64,000 nt of DNA from Diplonema japonicum (Eukaryota; Protista; Euglenozoa: Diplonemea), in the NCBI GenBank assembly GCA_964019335.1, contig OZ025648.1:186001-250000 (forward strand), in the 5' to 3' direction. Under the pieces are notes generated by a model that was not told where the DNA came from, did no database searches, and saw only the letters and a program-made list of their open reading frames with translations. Both the position numbers and the translations under genes were made by a program. This document shows, piece by piece, positions 51,201-62,177 of this stretch. The stretch's first letter is position 1; each line of letters begins with the position of its first letter.

Positions 51201-52259
51201 CATGCACTTCTCGTCAATAGCGAGCTTCTTATCAGGCACACACATCCCGTATGGGGACCTCCCGTCCTCGCGACATACCGACCCTGCTGCACACCTCATA
51301 GCGGCACACCCCTCAATCATCTTGAGTCTCTGACAGATCTTCTCAGCACCAAGTTTCATGACACCATCACGGACCCTGCACTCAAGACCCTTGGCACACT
51401 TACCAAGCATCTCGTTGTTGCTCCAACATGCCTCACCTTCAGAGATAACAGACGGGTCAATGTCCATGGGAACACACTCCGGACCATTGGGGCCGTCAAT
51501 ACAAGTGTCGGACCCTCGGCACTTAACAGTGCGGCAGGTCAATTTGGGTACCTGACAGATCTTCTCAGCACCAAGTTTCATGACACCATCACGGACCCTG
51601 CACTCAAGACCCTTGGCACACTTACCAAGCATCTGGTTGTTGCGCCAACATGCCTCACCTTCAACCATAGCAGGGCATGCCCTCTCCGTGCAGATGAGAC
51701 CAGCATTTTTGCAACTGCAGATATTGCAGTCAACTTTGCTTGTCTCTCCCTCAGGGATGAAGGTGCCGTCATCAGCCATGCAACCGTTGGGTAACTCCCT
51801 AGGAACGCACCTAGCACCGTCGTGGTCTTCGATGCAGGTCTCGGTTGTCATGCACTGGATGCTGGCACATGTGGCCTTCTGTCTTTTGCAGACCTTGTCG
51901 CAGACGAGGCCAAGGTCGCAGTCACCGAGTAACTCTTTGTTCTCCTCGCAGGCCTCTCCCTCAGACAGGCGAGGGTACTGATCGATTGCGATGTCAGGTT
52001 GGCAGTAGGACTCTGCGACAAAGGTTTCCACACCAGCACGGGGGAGGCACATGGTGCCCTCGGGGCACACGCCATAGAACTCATTGTTCCACATGCACTT
52101 CTCGTCAATAGCGAGCTTCTTATCAGGCACACACATCCCGTATGGGGACCTCCCGTCCTCGCGACATACCGACCCTGCTGCACACCTCATAGCGGCACAC
52201 CCGTCGGCATGAGCCTGCCCTGCCAAGCACAGGGCTACCAGCCCCACAAGTTGTTTCAT
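48207..52259 (-). CDS. type I Cys-rich surface protein with pacifastin-like, FOLN-like and IGFBP-like repeats
   Basis: Signal peptide; three DCNxCxC..G..CTxxxC modules; SDWSNEGSDG repeats; C-terminal TM. Confidence 0.85.
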   Translation of the reverse strand: MKQLVGLVALCLAGQAHADGCAAMRCAAGSVCREDGRSPYGMCVPDKKLAIDEKCMWNNEFYGVCPEGTMCLPRAGVETFVAESYCQPDIAIDQYPRLSEGEACEENKELLGDCDLGLVCDKVCKRQKATCASIQCMTTETCIEDHDGARCVPRELPNGCMADDGTFIPEGETSKVDCNICSCKNAGLICTERACPAMVEGEACWRNNQMLGKCAKGLECRVRDGVMKLGAEKICQVPKLTCRTVKCRGSDTCIDGPNGPECVPMDIDPSVISEGEACWSNNEMLGKCAKGLECRVRDGVMKLGAEKICQRLKMIEGCAAMRCAAGSVCREDGRSPYGMCVPDKKLAIDEKCMWNNEFYGVCPEGAMCLPRAGVETFVAESYCQPDIAIDPLPGCMADDGTFIPEGETGEVDCNICSCKDGLLSCTERACPPSISEGEACWSNNEMLGKCAKGLECRVRDGVMKLGAEKICQVPKLTCRTVKCRGSDTCIDGPNGPECVPMDIDPSVISEGEACWSNNEMLGKCAKGLECRVRDGVMKLGAEKICQVPELIIDPLPGCMADDGTFIPEGETGKVDCNTCWCKRGELGCTKMFCPPAISEGEACWRNNQMLGKCAKGLECRVRDGVMRRGAEKICQVVQERKDCSDKNNKVKDGDSIKDGCTVCMCIDGKLDCFNACDESNEGIELPNEGSDGSEDHAGSDWSEDHAGSDWSNEGSDGSETGSDWSNEGSDGSENHAGSDWSNEGSDEVGDKVIPKGSVCQSGNEVFGKCMEGLVCRSILRRMKQQYPMGEAKKICVPSHNMYLPEGKVCESGGVVKGKCQRKLRCMMRNSNPEEFVSEKTCQFPKLTLTCATVDCMDDFTCIEDLSGPRCVPVSSKPRYLSFGEDCNRSDMKCGKGLECRSVGSLRGNEKTCQKPVSTCSQIMCEAPNTCFESNGVAKCIPPKTGKDCVDGGDAVLAHGMNYTIGCKSCACNDGRVVCTDNCKLDCEWTARTKAPWTKKHRHRCCKEQGVRCPIDRIIKTIEKCKKLRKGMRTPMSLIKQCCHVGMKCARQKYDCDDDEINADAKKQEWCCRNEDKLCSMDCMTQESLTLDQRDTCCDWKGIGCREPELEEFSRPGFLLKMKGAGEELIENPKAFLRKFRMSMLKASPSLAKNPEKLVVTTVGVLMAGYTMPTDDKMPMWSVSVSLSWNRELQKEEVTMLKNNARTAAALGADSQELIKTATDDGVFAKYYIDGSTHAIDSEMHAALKDASKGMGPLTSTDGSSLVVDPVAEGNTPTTVGKEPTKENTDSESSKTWLYALMGGIGALCMGSAIALTAYSRRNKRTMPPLPETTPAQYTEISEEDLKEMEL
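50626..52202. repeat. near-identical internal module duplications
   Basis: 51091-51311 matches 51982-52202; 50626-50926 matches 51334-51634. Confidence 0.85.
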
Positions 52260-53016
52260 CTTTTTTTCTTTTTCTTTTTTAGTATTTATGACTGAGGAAC
52301 AGTTTGTGAAGGAATTTAAAAAAAAAGAGTGGGGTGGGGGGTGGGGGGGGGGGGGGTAAATCTAGCTTTTGAGAGGGAAGGAACTCTAATTTTTCCGTTA
52401 TTTGACCGTTTGTGTTTTTATTCCTTTTTTTTTTGTTTTGTGTTCTTTCTAACTTGTTTCTTTTCTTCTTATTTTATTCTTCCTATGGATTCATCTTCCT
52501 GAAAGCGAATGTTGGACCATATTTGAGCTAGAAGTGTAAAGGACAGTGGAGACCCGAAATCTTTTTGAACTCATTGTTCTGGTTCCAATCTTTTATTGCT
52601 GATTGAACAAAAGACCTAAGCCCCGAGTGTGTGGAAATTAAGGGACGCTTTTAGCAGGAATCATATTTATAAATAAAAAGAGGAGGGAGAGCTGACGGTG
52701 ATCGGTTTGCTGCCCATTGACCTTTTCTTTTTCTTTCTTCTTCTTCTTTTATGTTGCGTGGAGTTTCTTTTTGGTTTTGTTTTGTTTTCTTCTTTTTTTT
52801 TTTTTTTTTGCTCAAGCAAGCAGGGAACCAAATATTCTTTTTTTTTAAGAGAAGGGTAACTAGCTATTTGTTTTCTTTTACTTATTAAACCCTTTTCCTT
52901 TTTTTTTTTTTATTGTTTGAAGGACGGGAAAAAATGAAGATAACACCCTTGCTCGACAAACAAACAAAAAAAAATCAAACCCTAACTGGTTAGCACTATA
53001 GAAGGAAGAGAATAAT

Positions 53017-53055
<39 letters not shown>

Positions 53056-53152
53056 GCCAAAAGAAAAATTTGCAACATACTTGCTTGGCACGAAGAAAAA
53101 AAAAAATGGGAGAGGGTAAAGAAACGTTCCATACAGCTAAAAGTGATTAAAA

Positions 53153-53197
53153 CTCGATAAAATTTCAGTGTGCATGGGGGGTGCTCACTGTTCAGGA
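53153..53197 (-). mobile_element. dispersed hairpin mini-repeat, copy D, with 9-bp TSD
   Basis: 45-bp insert flanked by TGATTAAAA at 53144-53152 and 53198-53206. Confidence 0.8.
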
Positions 53198-53354
53198 TGA
53201 TTAAAAAAAATTGGACAGAGATCCGAATTTCCGGTTTTATTTCATTGTCAAAAGACGTCGTTGGCGTCAGAGTGACTGTTAAAAATTATTTAAAAAAAGA
53301 CTCGTTCTTGCAATCTTCCCAAAAAAAAAAAAAAAAAAAATCGAAAACGTGGTA

Positions 53355-53497
53355 TCACTTTTTAGCTGAACGGTGCCACATAAAGAGGGGGAAAAAAAAA
53401 ATAATGGGTATTCCTGCGTTCACCGGTACCGTCAACCTCAACTTCACTCACGAGTGGGCTGCTCAAAAAGTGTTTTTTGCAGCTCGACCCTATTATT

Positions 53498-53529
<32 letters not shown>

Positions 53530-54786
53530 CCCGCCCAGCTCATATTTAACATACCAAGGATGAACAGAAGTCTCGTGCGACCCCTCCGTGGGAATCGTTT
53601 TCCACAACTCAGCGTTCTTTCTTAAAATCTCCTTTGCAGACGGTCTAAGAGAAGGCTCCCTGTCGAGCATGGACGACAGCAAAGGATAAAGGTACCCATA
53701 GTCACACGCTGTTAAAGAAGCCTCTGTAATACCCGTCTCCCTAACAGCCGTCCATTCCGGTGTGCCAGAACAAGGTGCCTCAACAGAGGACACTACTTCG
53801 TAAAAAGATAAACCCAACGAGAAAATGTCCGCCTCCTTCGGATTGGTCTTGTCGTTCAACATGTCGATGGCTAGATAACGAGCATCTCCGTCTTCAAATG
53901 ACACGAAAGAAATCTGTGAAAGTCCCTGGCTCAGTGTCTGGCTCAACGGGGCCATCCTTTCAGCACTGGAATCCGGGGCGGCTAGACCGAAATCGCCCAG
54001 TTTAAAATTCGGACCGGACTTGTAAATATTATCAGGTTTAACATCCAAGTGAACAAGTTTAAGCTCAGAATGCAAATAGTCCAATGCAAGGCTCATGTGC
54101 ATGATAAGCATGGCTGTCGTTGCATCAGGCCATCTTGAGTAATTGGTGGATTTGAGAATAGCGGCAACGGAACCTTCCGTGCAGAGCTCCATTTGAAGAT
54201 ATACATTGGCATCGTCAATCCAGGAGTTAAAGTACCTGACTATGTAAGGGCATGCCGTGCATTTTGCGAGCGTTCTCGCTTCCCGAAGCTTGTTGTGGTG
54301 CTCGCTTTGACGAATTGGTTTTAACGAGATCTTGACGGCATAGTCACGTTGGTCGCAGTTGTGCTTTGCTCTTACTACCCTTCCGAAGGAACCTCTGCCG
54401 AGTTCGTTTAGTTCTCTGTAGTTGGAGTGAAAGTAGGATAGCTGGAATGTGTTTGTTGTGTCATTCCTCATGAACCCGTCTGAGTCCTGTCTCAGGGGGA
54501 GCGTGAAGAATTCCTGGCTGTAGGAGGGTGTCGTCATGTCCGGGAATATTTCTTGTGAGCTGCGTTGCTTCTTCTTCGGGGATCCGTATTCGGGCTCAGC
54601 GGTCGTCTTTCTCGATTTCTTTGGCAACTGGGTTAGGGGGAAGGCCTTTGCCGGTGTTGGCGGTACCGCGTTTCTCGGGCACAAAAACTGTTCTCTCGGC
54701 GTGCCCTCCATGGCGCTCCCCTCCACGCTCATGAAGCTTCCTTTGTCGATATCGTCGAAGACTAGGGTTCGCTCCCGTTCCATCAT
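53355..54786 (-). CDS. WEE1: Wee1/Myt1-family kinase (intron 53490-53554)
   Basis: LGRGSFG, YAVK, HLDVKPDNI, DFG, EDGDARY and ADIFSLG. Last exon(s) less certain. Confidence 0.85.
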
Positions 54787-54821
<35 letters not shown>

Positions 54822-54969
54822 TGGACATGGTTTTTTTTTTTTTTTTTTTTTTTTTTCTTTTTTTTCTTTTTCCAAAATGGGGGAGGGAGGGGGGAGGAAA
54901 AAAACCTTAAGAAAAAAGCACACACTACACTTTTTTTTTTCTTTCTTTTCTCCTTCCCCTCCTTTTTTT

Positions 54970-55538
54970 TTAATTTTCAAATATCGGAACGTTAAATGGC
55001 ATCCAGTCATCGTGACATGCGTTGTACACAGCACGCTTATATTCCAACGAAGGGAATGAATATTCTCTCAGCTCGTGCCGTGTCACCCAAGCGTGGTCAG
55101 AGCTGCCGTCGATAGGGAAGCGGGGCATACCAGTAAGGTAGTACACCTTTTTTTTTTAAAAGAAATAATAATAAAAAGAAAGAATCTTTTGTCGATTTTA
55201 CCCTACACATACCGGGAAGAAGTAGATGCCGCCCTCATCAGTGTCAACGTGGGATGCGGGTGCGTGGGAGAGGGAGTGGGTCTCTATGCTTCCTTTGTGG
55301 TGCGCAGCAATCACGCGGTTGATGGTTCCCTTGAGACATTCCCCCTGTGATTTATTTGGTTTACTTTAAAAAAAAAAATAATATAACTTCAAACCTGCTT
55401 TCTTTTCTCTGTAGGCACCCGCCAAACCCCTTCCTCATCTTGCACAATGAGGAATAACCGTTCTTGCAAGCGCCGTGCAAGGGTGTGACGATTCGTGGTG
55501 TCCTCAATATCCAAAGGGGTAAGTCTTTTCGGGATCTT

Positions 55539-55585
<47 letters not shown>

Positions 55586-56095
55586 CTTTTTTTTGTTGTG
55601 TTGTTCCCCAGCATACTTCCAAGGTCCTCAAGATGGTGAGCTCCTGTTGAACATATTTCGGTTCGCGCCAGTAAGGCAAGGAGCTCCCCGAGACCGCTTT
55701 ATAGGCGTCGGGGTATTTCTTTTTCACGGCCATGCTGAGGTTGCCCCCTTCGGACGACCTGGGGTACTTCTTATGCTCAGCGTCTACCAATTTTTTAAAT
55801 TCTTGTTCCACAGGGTGCACCTAAAAAAAAAAATCTTTTTTTTTTTAAAAAACACGGCACAGCATACCTCAGGTGTGATCACCGGTTCCCTCTGCAATAT
55901 GTATCCCGCTTCATATTTCTTGTCCCCAGTGTACAGCACCTTTGGCAGGTCCCGTGAAGGGAAACAGCTCATCTCCGATGCCTGGTGGTCTGGCACATAT
56001 GGATTATTCATATTCCGCCGTTGCCTTCGCTTCGGGGTGCTTGTAGTGGCGCTGCTTTTGATCAGCGCCCGGCGCACCGTAGTGCGGAGGGACAT
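54970..56095 (-). CDS. MRPL46: mitochondrial ribosomal protein mL46 (introns 55821-55867, 55536-55616, 55345-55394, 55147-55212)
   Basis: ILQREPVITPE, TLARRLQERLFLIVQ..W and DHAWVTRHEL after splicing; targeting-like N-terminus. Confidence 0.8.
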
Positions 56096-56182
56096 TTTCT
56101 TTTTTTTCTTTTGTGAACCACCTAAAAAAAAGGGGAATGCAGTGAAAAATCGAAGGGGGGGGGACAAAAATGTTAGAATCTC

Positions 56183-59100
56183 TTAGAGATGATCTGTTGT
56201 CCCCAGCATCAACATGTAGGTCTCCTTTCGTTTAGCTTGCTTCTCAAAGTGTTCCTTCCAAGCAGGGTCCGCCACATGTGGGCTGTTGTCACACGTCTCT
56301 TGGAGCACTGTGAACTTCTCTGATACCTCGGTACCGCGGACTGGATTCTTCTTTCTCGGACGGCCTGCGGAAGCAGGCCTGGTCGACTGCGGTGGTGGGG
56401 TGGGCATCATGAACAAAGCGGTTTGAAAGGCGTCAAAAGGGATCGCGATGTGTGCCTTCTTCCTTTGTTGTGGCTTGGACATTAAAGATTTGCCCGATTT
56501 GTAAAACGATCTTCTAAACCTTTCCGTTCGCAGTTCTCTCCTGTGGACCACCAACGCGCTCACCGCCGACGCCACTACAACTAGGGCATAGTCGCCTTCG
56601 TCAGGGCGCACAGGCGGCTTCCGCATCTTCCTCAGTCGTTTCATCAAAATTTGTGCTTCAATTTCCGTTAAAGGCGGCGGTGTTGCAGGCGGTGTCGGGA
56701 CATCTTCGACACCCTTCGCAAGCTTCAAACACTCTTTGCTGAAAAGCGTCTTCTCGAGCTTTACCTGAAGGAGCCTTTTCCCCGCTGCATTGCTTGGATC
56801 ACACCTACGCATCATTCTTTGCAACCTCAGTCGGTACTTGTAATGTATAAGACCCTTCTCTACCACCTCTGCGAGGGACGGTGGAGGGTCCTTCTTCAAA
56901 GGCGATTTTGGTTTTACTAGTTTCGCGTGCCTCTTTTTGGTGTTGTCGTGAGCTAGCACCTGCAGCTCCGGTGCGGTGAGCTTCATCATCTGCAGTTTGC
57001 GAACCGCGTTCATTTCCTGTATTCGAGGGTGTTCGCTGAGGGTCTTCCCTTCGGCTTTTGCCACGATCAGTTGCACTTTTGCAGCGGTGCTCTTTTTCAC
57101 CAGCACTTCCTCTTTGAGAGCATCGATGGCCTTGTTCATCTCTAGGTTCGCATTGCGGTTTACCTGAACGTCGTTGCGGTTCTTGTCCCGATGTTGGAGG
57201 AACTTGGTGTACTTCTCCTGCACTTCCGAGACCATCTGTGCCGTGTACGGCTTGGAGACTCTGATCTCGCTTCTGATGTAGTCCATCACGTTCTTGATGA
57301 CATTGAAGAATGAGCGTCGCGAGATGCAGTCAACAGGCTCCAACGAGACAGACTCTGGTGTCATCCACAGGTGTTTTTGCCTTACGTCAATCTGGTAAGG
57401 AGCAAATGGGAGGTCACATGACCTGCCCAGTGGGTCGGGCTTCAACATTCCCGAGAACAGAGAGGTCCCACCGCGAGTCTCGTACAGACCATGCCGGACG
57501 GGGGTTGCCATCTCGATCGGCTGCAGATCAGGTGCAACGATGGTCTTCATCCCTCTCCTCAGATGCCTCGGCAAAACGTGCGACACAATCTCAAACATCT
57601 CAGCTACGGTGATCAACTCAGGATCCGAGTCGATCGAAAATACGTCGAAGAAGGAGTCCATCTTCTCGGAGAACTCGTCAGTCGACAGCCGCAAGGTACG
57701 GAAGGGTGCGTGGCTCGGCTTCCGTGATTTCATCTTATACAGAGATTTACCCCAGTATTCCCCAACCTTGAACAGAGCCAGTTGGTGTTTTTTGCATTGT
57801 ATCGTCTTCGCCACAGCAACAACCAAGAGCGCACCTGCTATAGCAGCATGCTTGCTATAGTTGTCTCTTAATGACAATAGCTCATTGAAGTGCTGGACTA
57901 GTTGTGTGCTGACGGAGTTCAGGTACGTCTTTATCCTGTAGTTAAAGACCTTTCGTGTCTTGGATATCACCCCTCGAAGGATGCGCTGCTCGTGGTTCGA
58001 TGGGAGCTTCTCGTTCGGAACGGCTTTGCTGAAGCTAGCGATGGCCTCATTGAACTCAATCTGCTTAGATACCATCCTCTCGTGCAAGTCGGACCGCTCC
58101 GCGCAGTTCTTTAGGCAGGTGTAGTACTGTCGTCGTGCTTTCGTGAGCTGTGCTTTCAGATGATAAATCCTGTGGGTGAACTCAAGTAGAACCGCGTTAT
58201 CGTACGCGCTGGACTCAAGGTGTTTGTCAAGCATCTTCAAAGCCTGTTCCAGCAAAGACCTATCGTTAGATTGTACTGATTTTAAGCTCTTCAAAGTTTC
58301 CGGGATGTCCCGCGCAGTCTTTCTCGCTACCTCATCATTGTGTTCCGCTGCTTTGCGTTGTTTCTCCTTCTTCGCCGCCTCGTTCGTCCGTATCGCAGAC
58401 AGCTCCTCTGAGGTTATACGGAGCATCTCGTATGCCTTCTTTCGCCGTTTCTCTTGAACGCTGCATTTGGAGATAGCTTCTTGTACCTTGCTCTTCAGAT
58501 GTTCCACCTGCACTGCCAGCATCCACAGCACGTTCTCCATTCCTTGGCTGCAGTCGTTCAGGATGTTCTGCCAAAACACCGAGTTTTTCTGCAGCTTCAG
58601 CACCTTGTCTTTCATACGCTTCTCGACAACATCGTCATGTGCCTTCTTCTGTTTTGCAAGCTCTTTCTTGCGCCTTACGTTTTGTAGCAACTCCTTGATG
58701 GTTCTGGGCTTCTCTGGTGTCCCTTGTTGTGGGGGTGTGTGTTTATCTTCTTCTTCCTCGTGCCCCGAGTCTGTGTCATCGTTGCTTTCTTCTAAATGAC
58801 AGAACATGTTCTTCACCCTGTGCAAGGCATGAGTAACCAAGGTGGTCACTGCTGCTAGCGTCAGAATGGCTGTAGTGGGAATGTTGTTACGGCCTATGCA
58901 TATCCTCTTCGGGAGTGAAAACGGACCCTCTCGTGCTGCCTCCGCCATGCGCACTCTGAGATATTTGGGGATTTTGCTGTACTTGTTCGTGCTTGGATTC
59001 CCACATCCATCTGCGAACAACCGTATTCCCAGCTGTGCCCCGAGCATCGATCCTTGAACGCTCGGCCACACGTCCTTCCACTTCCCGGTCTCCAGTGTGT

Positions 59101-59383
59101 TGATGTTCACCTCAGCTTTACCGACTTCGTCTTTGAGTGAATAGGGGGTGCTGTTGCTTATTGTGAAAGTGATAATTCTGCTTTTCATGTTGAGCGGGAC
59201 TGTCACCTCGCACATGTAGTCCCATAGGACGCCCACCAGTTTGCTGTGTAATTCCTGCTCGATTAGCGGCTTCGACTGTGTCGTGAAAATAGAGTCGATG
59301 CTGCATTCCAAGTGTGAGGCTCTGATGGTGGCGGTCCACCCGACGTAGAACACACCGTAGAGGTGCACGTACACCGAAGGCAT
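56183..59383 (-). CDS. N-terminal C2-like domain + coiled-coil protein
   Basis: 1066-aa ORF; DEVGKAEVNINTLETGKWKDVW matches the C2 end pattern. Confidence 0.7.
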   Translation of the reverse strand: MPSVYVHLYGVFYVGWTATIRASHLECSIDSIFTTQSKPLIEQELHSKLVGVLWDYMCEVTVPLNMKSRIITFTISNSTPYSLKDEVGKAEVNINTLETGKWKDVWPSVQGSMLGAQLGIRLFADGCGNPSTNKYSKIPKYLRVRMAEAAREGPFSLPKRICIGRNNIPTTAILTLAAVTTLVTHALHRVKNMFCHLEESNDDTDSGHEEEEDKHTPPQQGTPEKPRTIKELLQNVRRKKELAKQKKAHDDVVEKRMKDKVLKLQKNSVFWQNILNDCSQGMENVLWMLAVQVEHLKSKVQEAISKCSVQEKRRKKAYEMLRITSEELSAIRTNEAAKKEKQRKAAEHNDEVARKTARDIPETLKSLKSVQSNDRSLLEQALKMLDKHLESSAYDNAVLLEFTHRIYHLKAQLTKARRQYYTCLKNCAERSDLHERMVSKQIEFNEAIASFSKAVPNEKLPSNHEQRILRGVISKTRKVFNYRIKTYLNSVSTQLVQHFNELLSLRDNYSKHAAIAGALLVVAVAKTIQCKKHQLALFKVGEYWGKSLYKMKSRKPSHAPFRTLRLSTDEFSEKMDSFFDVFSIDSDPELITVAEMFEIVSHVLPRHLRRGMKTIVAPDLQPIEMATPVRHGLYETRGGTSLFSGMLKPDPLGRSCDLPFAPYQIDVRQKHLWMTPESVSLEPVDCISRRSFFNVIKNVMDYIRSEIRVSKPYTAQMVSEVQEKYTKFLQHRDKNRNDVQVNRNANLEMNKAIDALKEEVLVKKSTAAKVQLIVAKAEGKTLSEHPRIQEMNAVRKLQMMKLTAPELQVLAHDNTKKRHAKLVKPKSPLKKDPPPSLAEVVEKGLIHYKYRLRLQRMMRRCDPSNAAGKRLLQVKLEKTLFSKECLKLAKGVEDVPTPPATPPPLTEIEAQILMKRLRKMRKPPVRPDEGDYALVVVASAVSALVVHRRELRTERFRRSFYKSGKSLMSKPQQRKKAHIAIPFDAFQTALFMMPTPPPQSTRPASAGRPRKKNPVRGTEVSEKFTVLQETCDNSPHVADPAWKEHFEKQAKRKETYMLMLGTTDHL

Positions 59384-59440
59384 CTTATCATCCCTACTGT
59401 GCGGTGGTTTGCTGTGGATGGCATGGCAAAAAAAATATTT

Positions 59441-60445
59441 TTATATGTCGGCCGACCGACGGCGTCGGTACGCTTGGAACACACGTTGATACGCTTCGTC
59501 GAGGCTGCGGCACTTTCCAAACTTGAACCGTTCATAGGCGGCTTTAGCTGCTCGAATGTCGCAGGATTTCTCGTAGCCCCGCATCAGGAGGGCAGCGTGC
59601 CGTGTTGTGTGCTGTGGTGTGTACATGCCACTGTGCTCGACTAGATATTCACACACCGCAAGGGAGGACGGCAACCAAAGATCCACCGACGCAACAAGCG
59701 CAACATCGATGAGCATGTCATTAGCCGGAGCGTTCGAGAGAAGAGAAGACGATAAGCACAAGGCCTCCAACGACGGAAGGCGCGAGAGGTACGTGGCACA
59801 ATGCTTCTCTGATATATTCTTGCAGAAGTTTAGACTGGCCAGGTCGTTTGTGCTGAAGCATACATCAGCATAAGCCAAATACTTTGCATGTCCTGGGAAG
59901 GCATCATCAAGTAAGTACCGCGCTTCTTGAGTATCCCCTATGGCATATACACAGTCAGCCACCATGTGAGGGGTCATATGCTCAGCACTGTTAAGAAGTT
60001 CCACGGCTGTCTTTCGGTATTTGTTTACCTTGCAAAGCTGCAAGCAGTGGCCAGCAATGTCGTCGCAGAAGAGGAAACCCTTGTTGTGGATCCGTGACAA
60101 CACGGCCACTGCTTCACTCGACATGCCGCTTCTGCAGTATCTTCCGAGCATCGCGTTCATCAGTGTCTTCTCAGCGGGCCAGTCTTGCAGAGCTTTCTCG
60201 TAGAAGTAGACGGCGTCACGAACAGTTCGGCATTTCCGGATCACCACGCTTAATGTCTTGCATCCAACGTAGCCCTTCTTCTTCAAGACTTCCAGCTCCT
60301 TTTTGATACTTCCCTTGGACGTGAAGTCTACCGTCTTTTTCGTCAGGTACTCAGCCGTCCTCCCGTCGTCCCAGAATACCTCCTTGTTCCTGTACAGGAA
60401 TCGAGAAGGCCCCCATCGCAGCCCTCCCACCTCACATGCCTGCAT
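59441..60445 (-). CDS. degenerate PPR-like protein
   Basis: LMNAMLGRYCRSGMSSEAVAVLSRIHNKG and weaker helical repeats. Confidence 0.6.
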   Translation of the reverse strand: MQACEVGGLRWGPSRFLYRNKEVFWDDGRTAEYLTKKTVDFTSKGSIKKELEVLKKKGYVGCKTLSVVIRKCRTVRDAVYFYEKALQDWPAEKTLMNAMLGRYCRSGMSSEAVAVLSRIHNKGFLFCDDIAGHCLQLCKVNKYRKTAVELLNSAEHMTPHMVADCVYAIGDTQEARYLLDDAFPGHAKYLAYADVCFSTNDLASLNFCKNISEKHCATYLSRLPSLEALCLSSSLLSNAPANDMLIDVALVASVDLWLPSSLAVCEYLVEHSGMYTPQHTTRHAALLMRGYEKSCDIRAAKAAYERFKFGKCRSLDEAYQRVFQAYRRRRSADI

Positions 60446-60649
60446 ACTGTAAGTGATGGCAAAGATTGTAAAAAAAAAAAGAAACTGAAGCAACCATCCA
60501 TTTCGGGACAACAATGTAGGGAGGGGAAGCACTGAAATCGCAAAGTAGGGGGTATCAATGTGGAACGAAAAGAAAAAAAGAGGATGAAAGGGGGGGGGGG
60601 GGGGGGGGTTGTAAGAGGAGAGGGGAGGGGAAAAAAAAAGGGGGAACTA

Positions 60650-62078
60650 CTACCTTGGAGAGTCATCTTGTTGGCTGAGCGCTTTGCTTCTTCTTTTGGG
60701 GGAAGACGACAGAATAGGGAAAGGTTCATTATCTTGCTGTGAGACAAGGGCGCGGAGGCGTTCCGCTTCGGCTTGAAGCGTCTTCAGCTCGTTGCTGGAG
60801 CCTTTCATTTGCTGGTGGAGACGCTTCTTCTCCGTCTCGTTGCTCTTCGTGAGGGCATGCACTGTCGGAGGGTTTTAAATAGCAGCAACCTACACCCATC
60901 CATACCTTGCGTCTTCAGCGTCTCGACCTGTTCTTGCCTGTCCAATAGCTTCTTCTCTAAATCCGCAGCCGATTTCGGACCAGCTTTACCCGCCTGCCCA
61001 GCGGCTTTGATCTTCGTTTGCAACAAGTTCAGTTGCTGTTGCTGGTGCTTCACGGTTCTATCATCCTCGTCCTGCAGCGGGTTATTAATTTATTTTCCTA
61101 TTTCTTTTCTTTCCGCCATACCTTAAGAGACTTCAACTTCTGGATTTTCTCTTTGCTGTGCCTCATCTCCTCCATGTGCTGGTCCCTTGCCTGATTGATC
61201 CTGTCCTCGATGTACTGAACGGATGCCAGCTTCTTCGCTTGGTTGCGCGCTACGTTTTCCAACGATCTGTTCTCCTCCCGCAACACGTCCACCTGTCGGG
61301 CCTTCTCGTTCACGATGTTCTGCAGCTCGTGGATCTGCCCCACCGACTCACTCTGCATGATGCGCTCCTGAAGCTTCGAGTTGCGCTTCCTCAGCTTGTC
61401 AATGTCCTTTTGGAGTTTGTCCACGTCAGGCTCCTTGCGCACTCTCGTAATCTGCACGATCTTTTCGCCTCGTTGGTTGAGTGCGTCATCCAGTTGGTTG
61501 TTCAGCTTCAGGAGGTGTTGACGGAGTTCTTCATTGGCGCCCTTCAGAGTCTTGATCTGAGCCAGCTCCTCTTCCGTGGCCTGATCCAGATCATCATCCT
61601 CTTCTTTCTTGGGGATAGCTTGAGGTGATGGCGGTACCGATGCTGGCGCGCTCTTAGCACCAGGACTGTCCCCCACTGTCGACACAGATCCGGCAGTTCG
61701 TGGCGGTTGAGTGGCAGGCGGTGTGGACGCCTTCACCGGCGATATGGTGGGCGTCTTCTTCCCTTCGCTCTCCTTCCCATCGTCAGTATAATCGCTTTCA
61801 CTTGCGCTAGGGCTGTAATCATCCTTCGGTGCTTCTTTCTTCTCTTCTTCCTTCGGTGCAACTTCCTTCTCGTCCTCGCTTTCGCTCGCGCTGACGCTCT
61901 CTTCGTCTGCTTTCACCTCCTTTTTTTCTATTTCTTCCTTTTTGTCCTCTTCTTTTTTCACTTCTTCCAGAGCTTTTTCTTCCTCTTTTTCTTCTTCTTT
62001 TTTTTCCTCCTCCTTCACTGCAGGCTTCGCATCAAAGTCATCAGAATAGTCTTCACTGTAGCTGTCTGAGTCTGACAT
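60650..62078 (-). CDS. acidic N-terminus + lebercilin-like coiled coil (introns 61072-61121, 60862-60905)
   Basis: LREENRSLENVARNQAKKL; introns keep the frame; 3' end uncertain. Confidence 0.65.
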
Positions 62079-62177
62079 TGTCTTTAGCCTGTGGCGGAAG
62101 AAAGTAAAGTGGTGGGAAACGGAAATAGGAAATGGGGGGGGGAAATGGTGTTATTGGGCCTTGTAAAAGCGCCATTG

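Noticed and set aside
53153-53197. Mini-repeat as Helitron 3' end or as snRNA/SL RNA (hairpin + Sm-like AATTTTA)
   Set aside because: The 9-bp TSD argues against a Helitron; no SL exon or U-snRNA conserved motifs.
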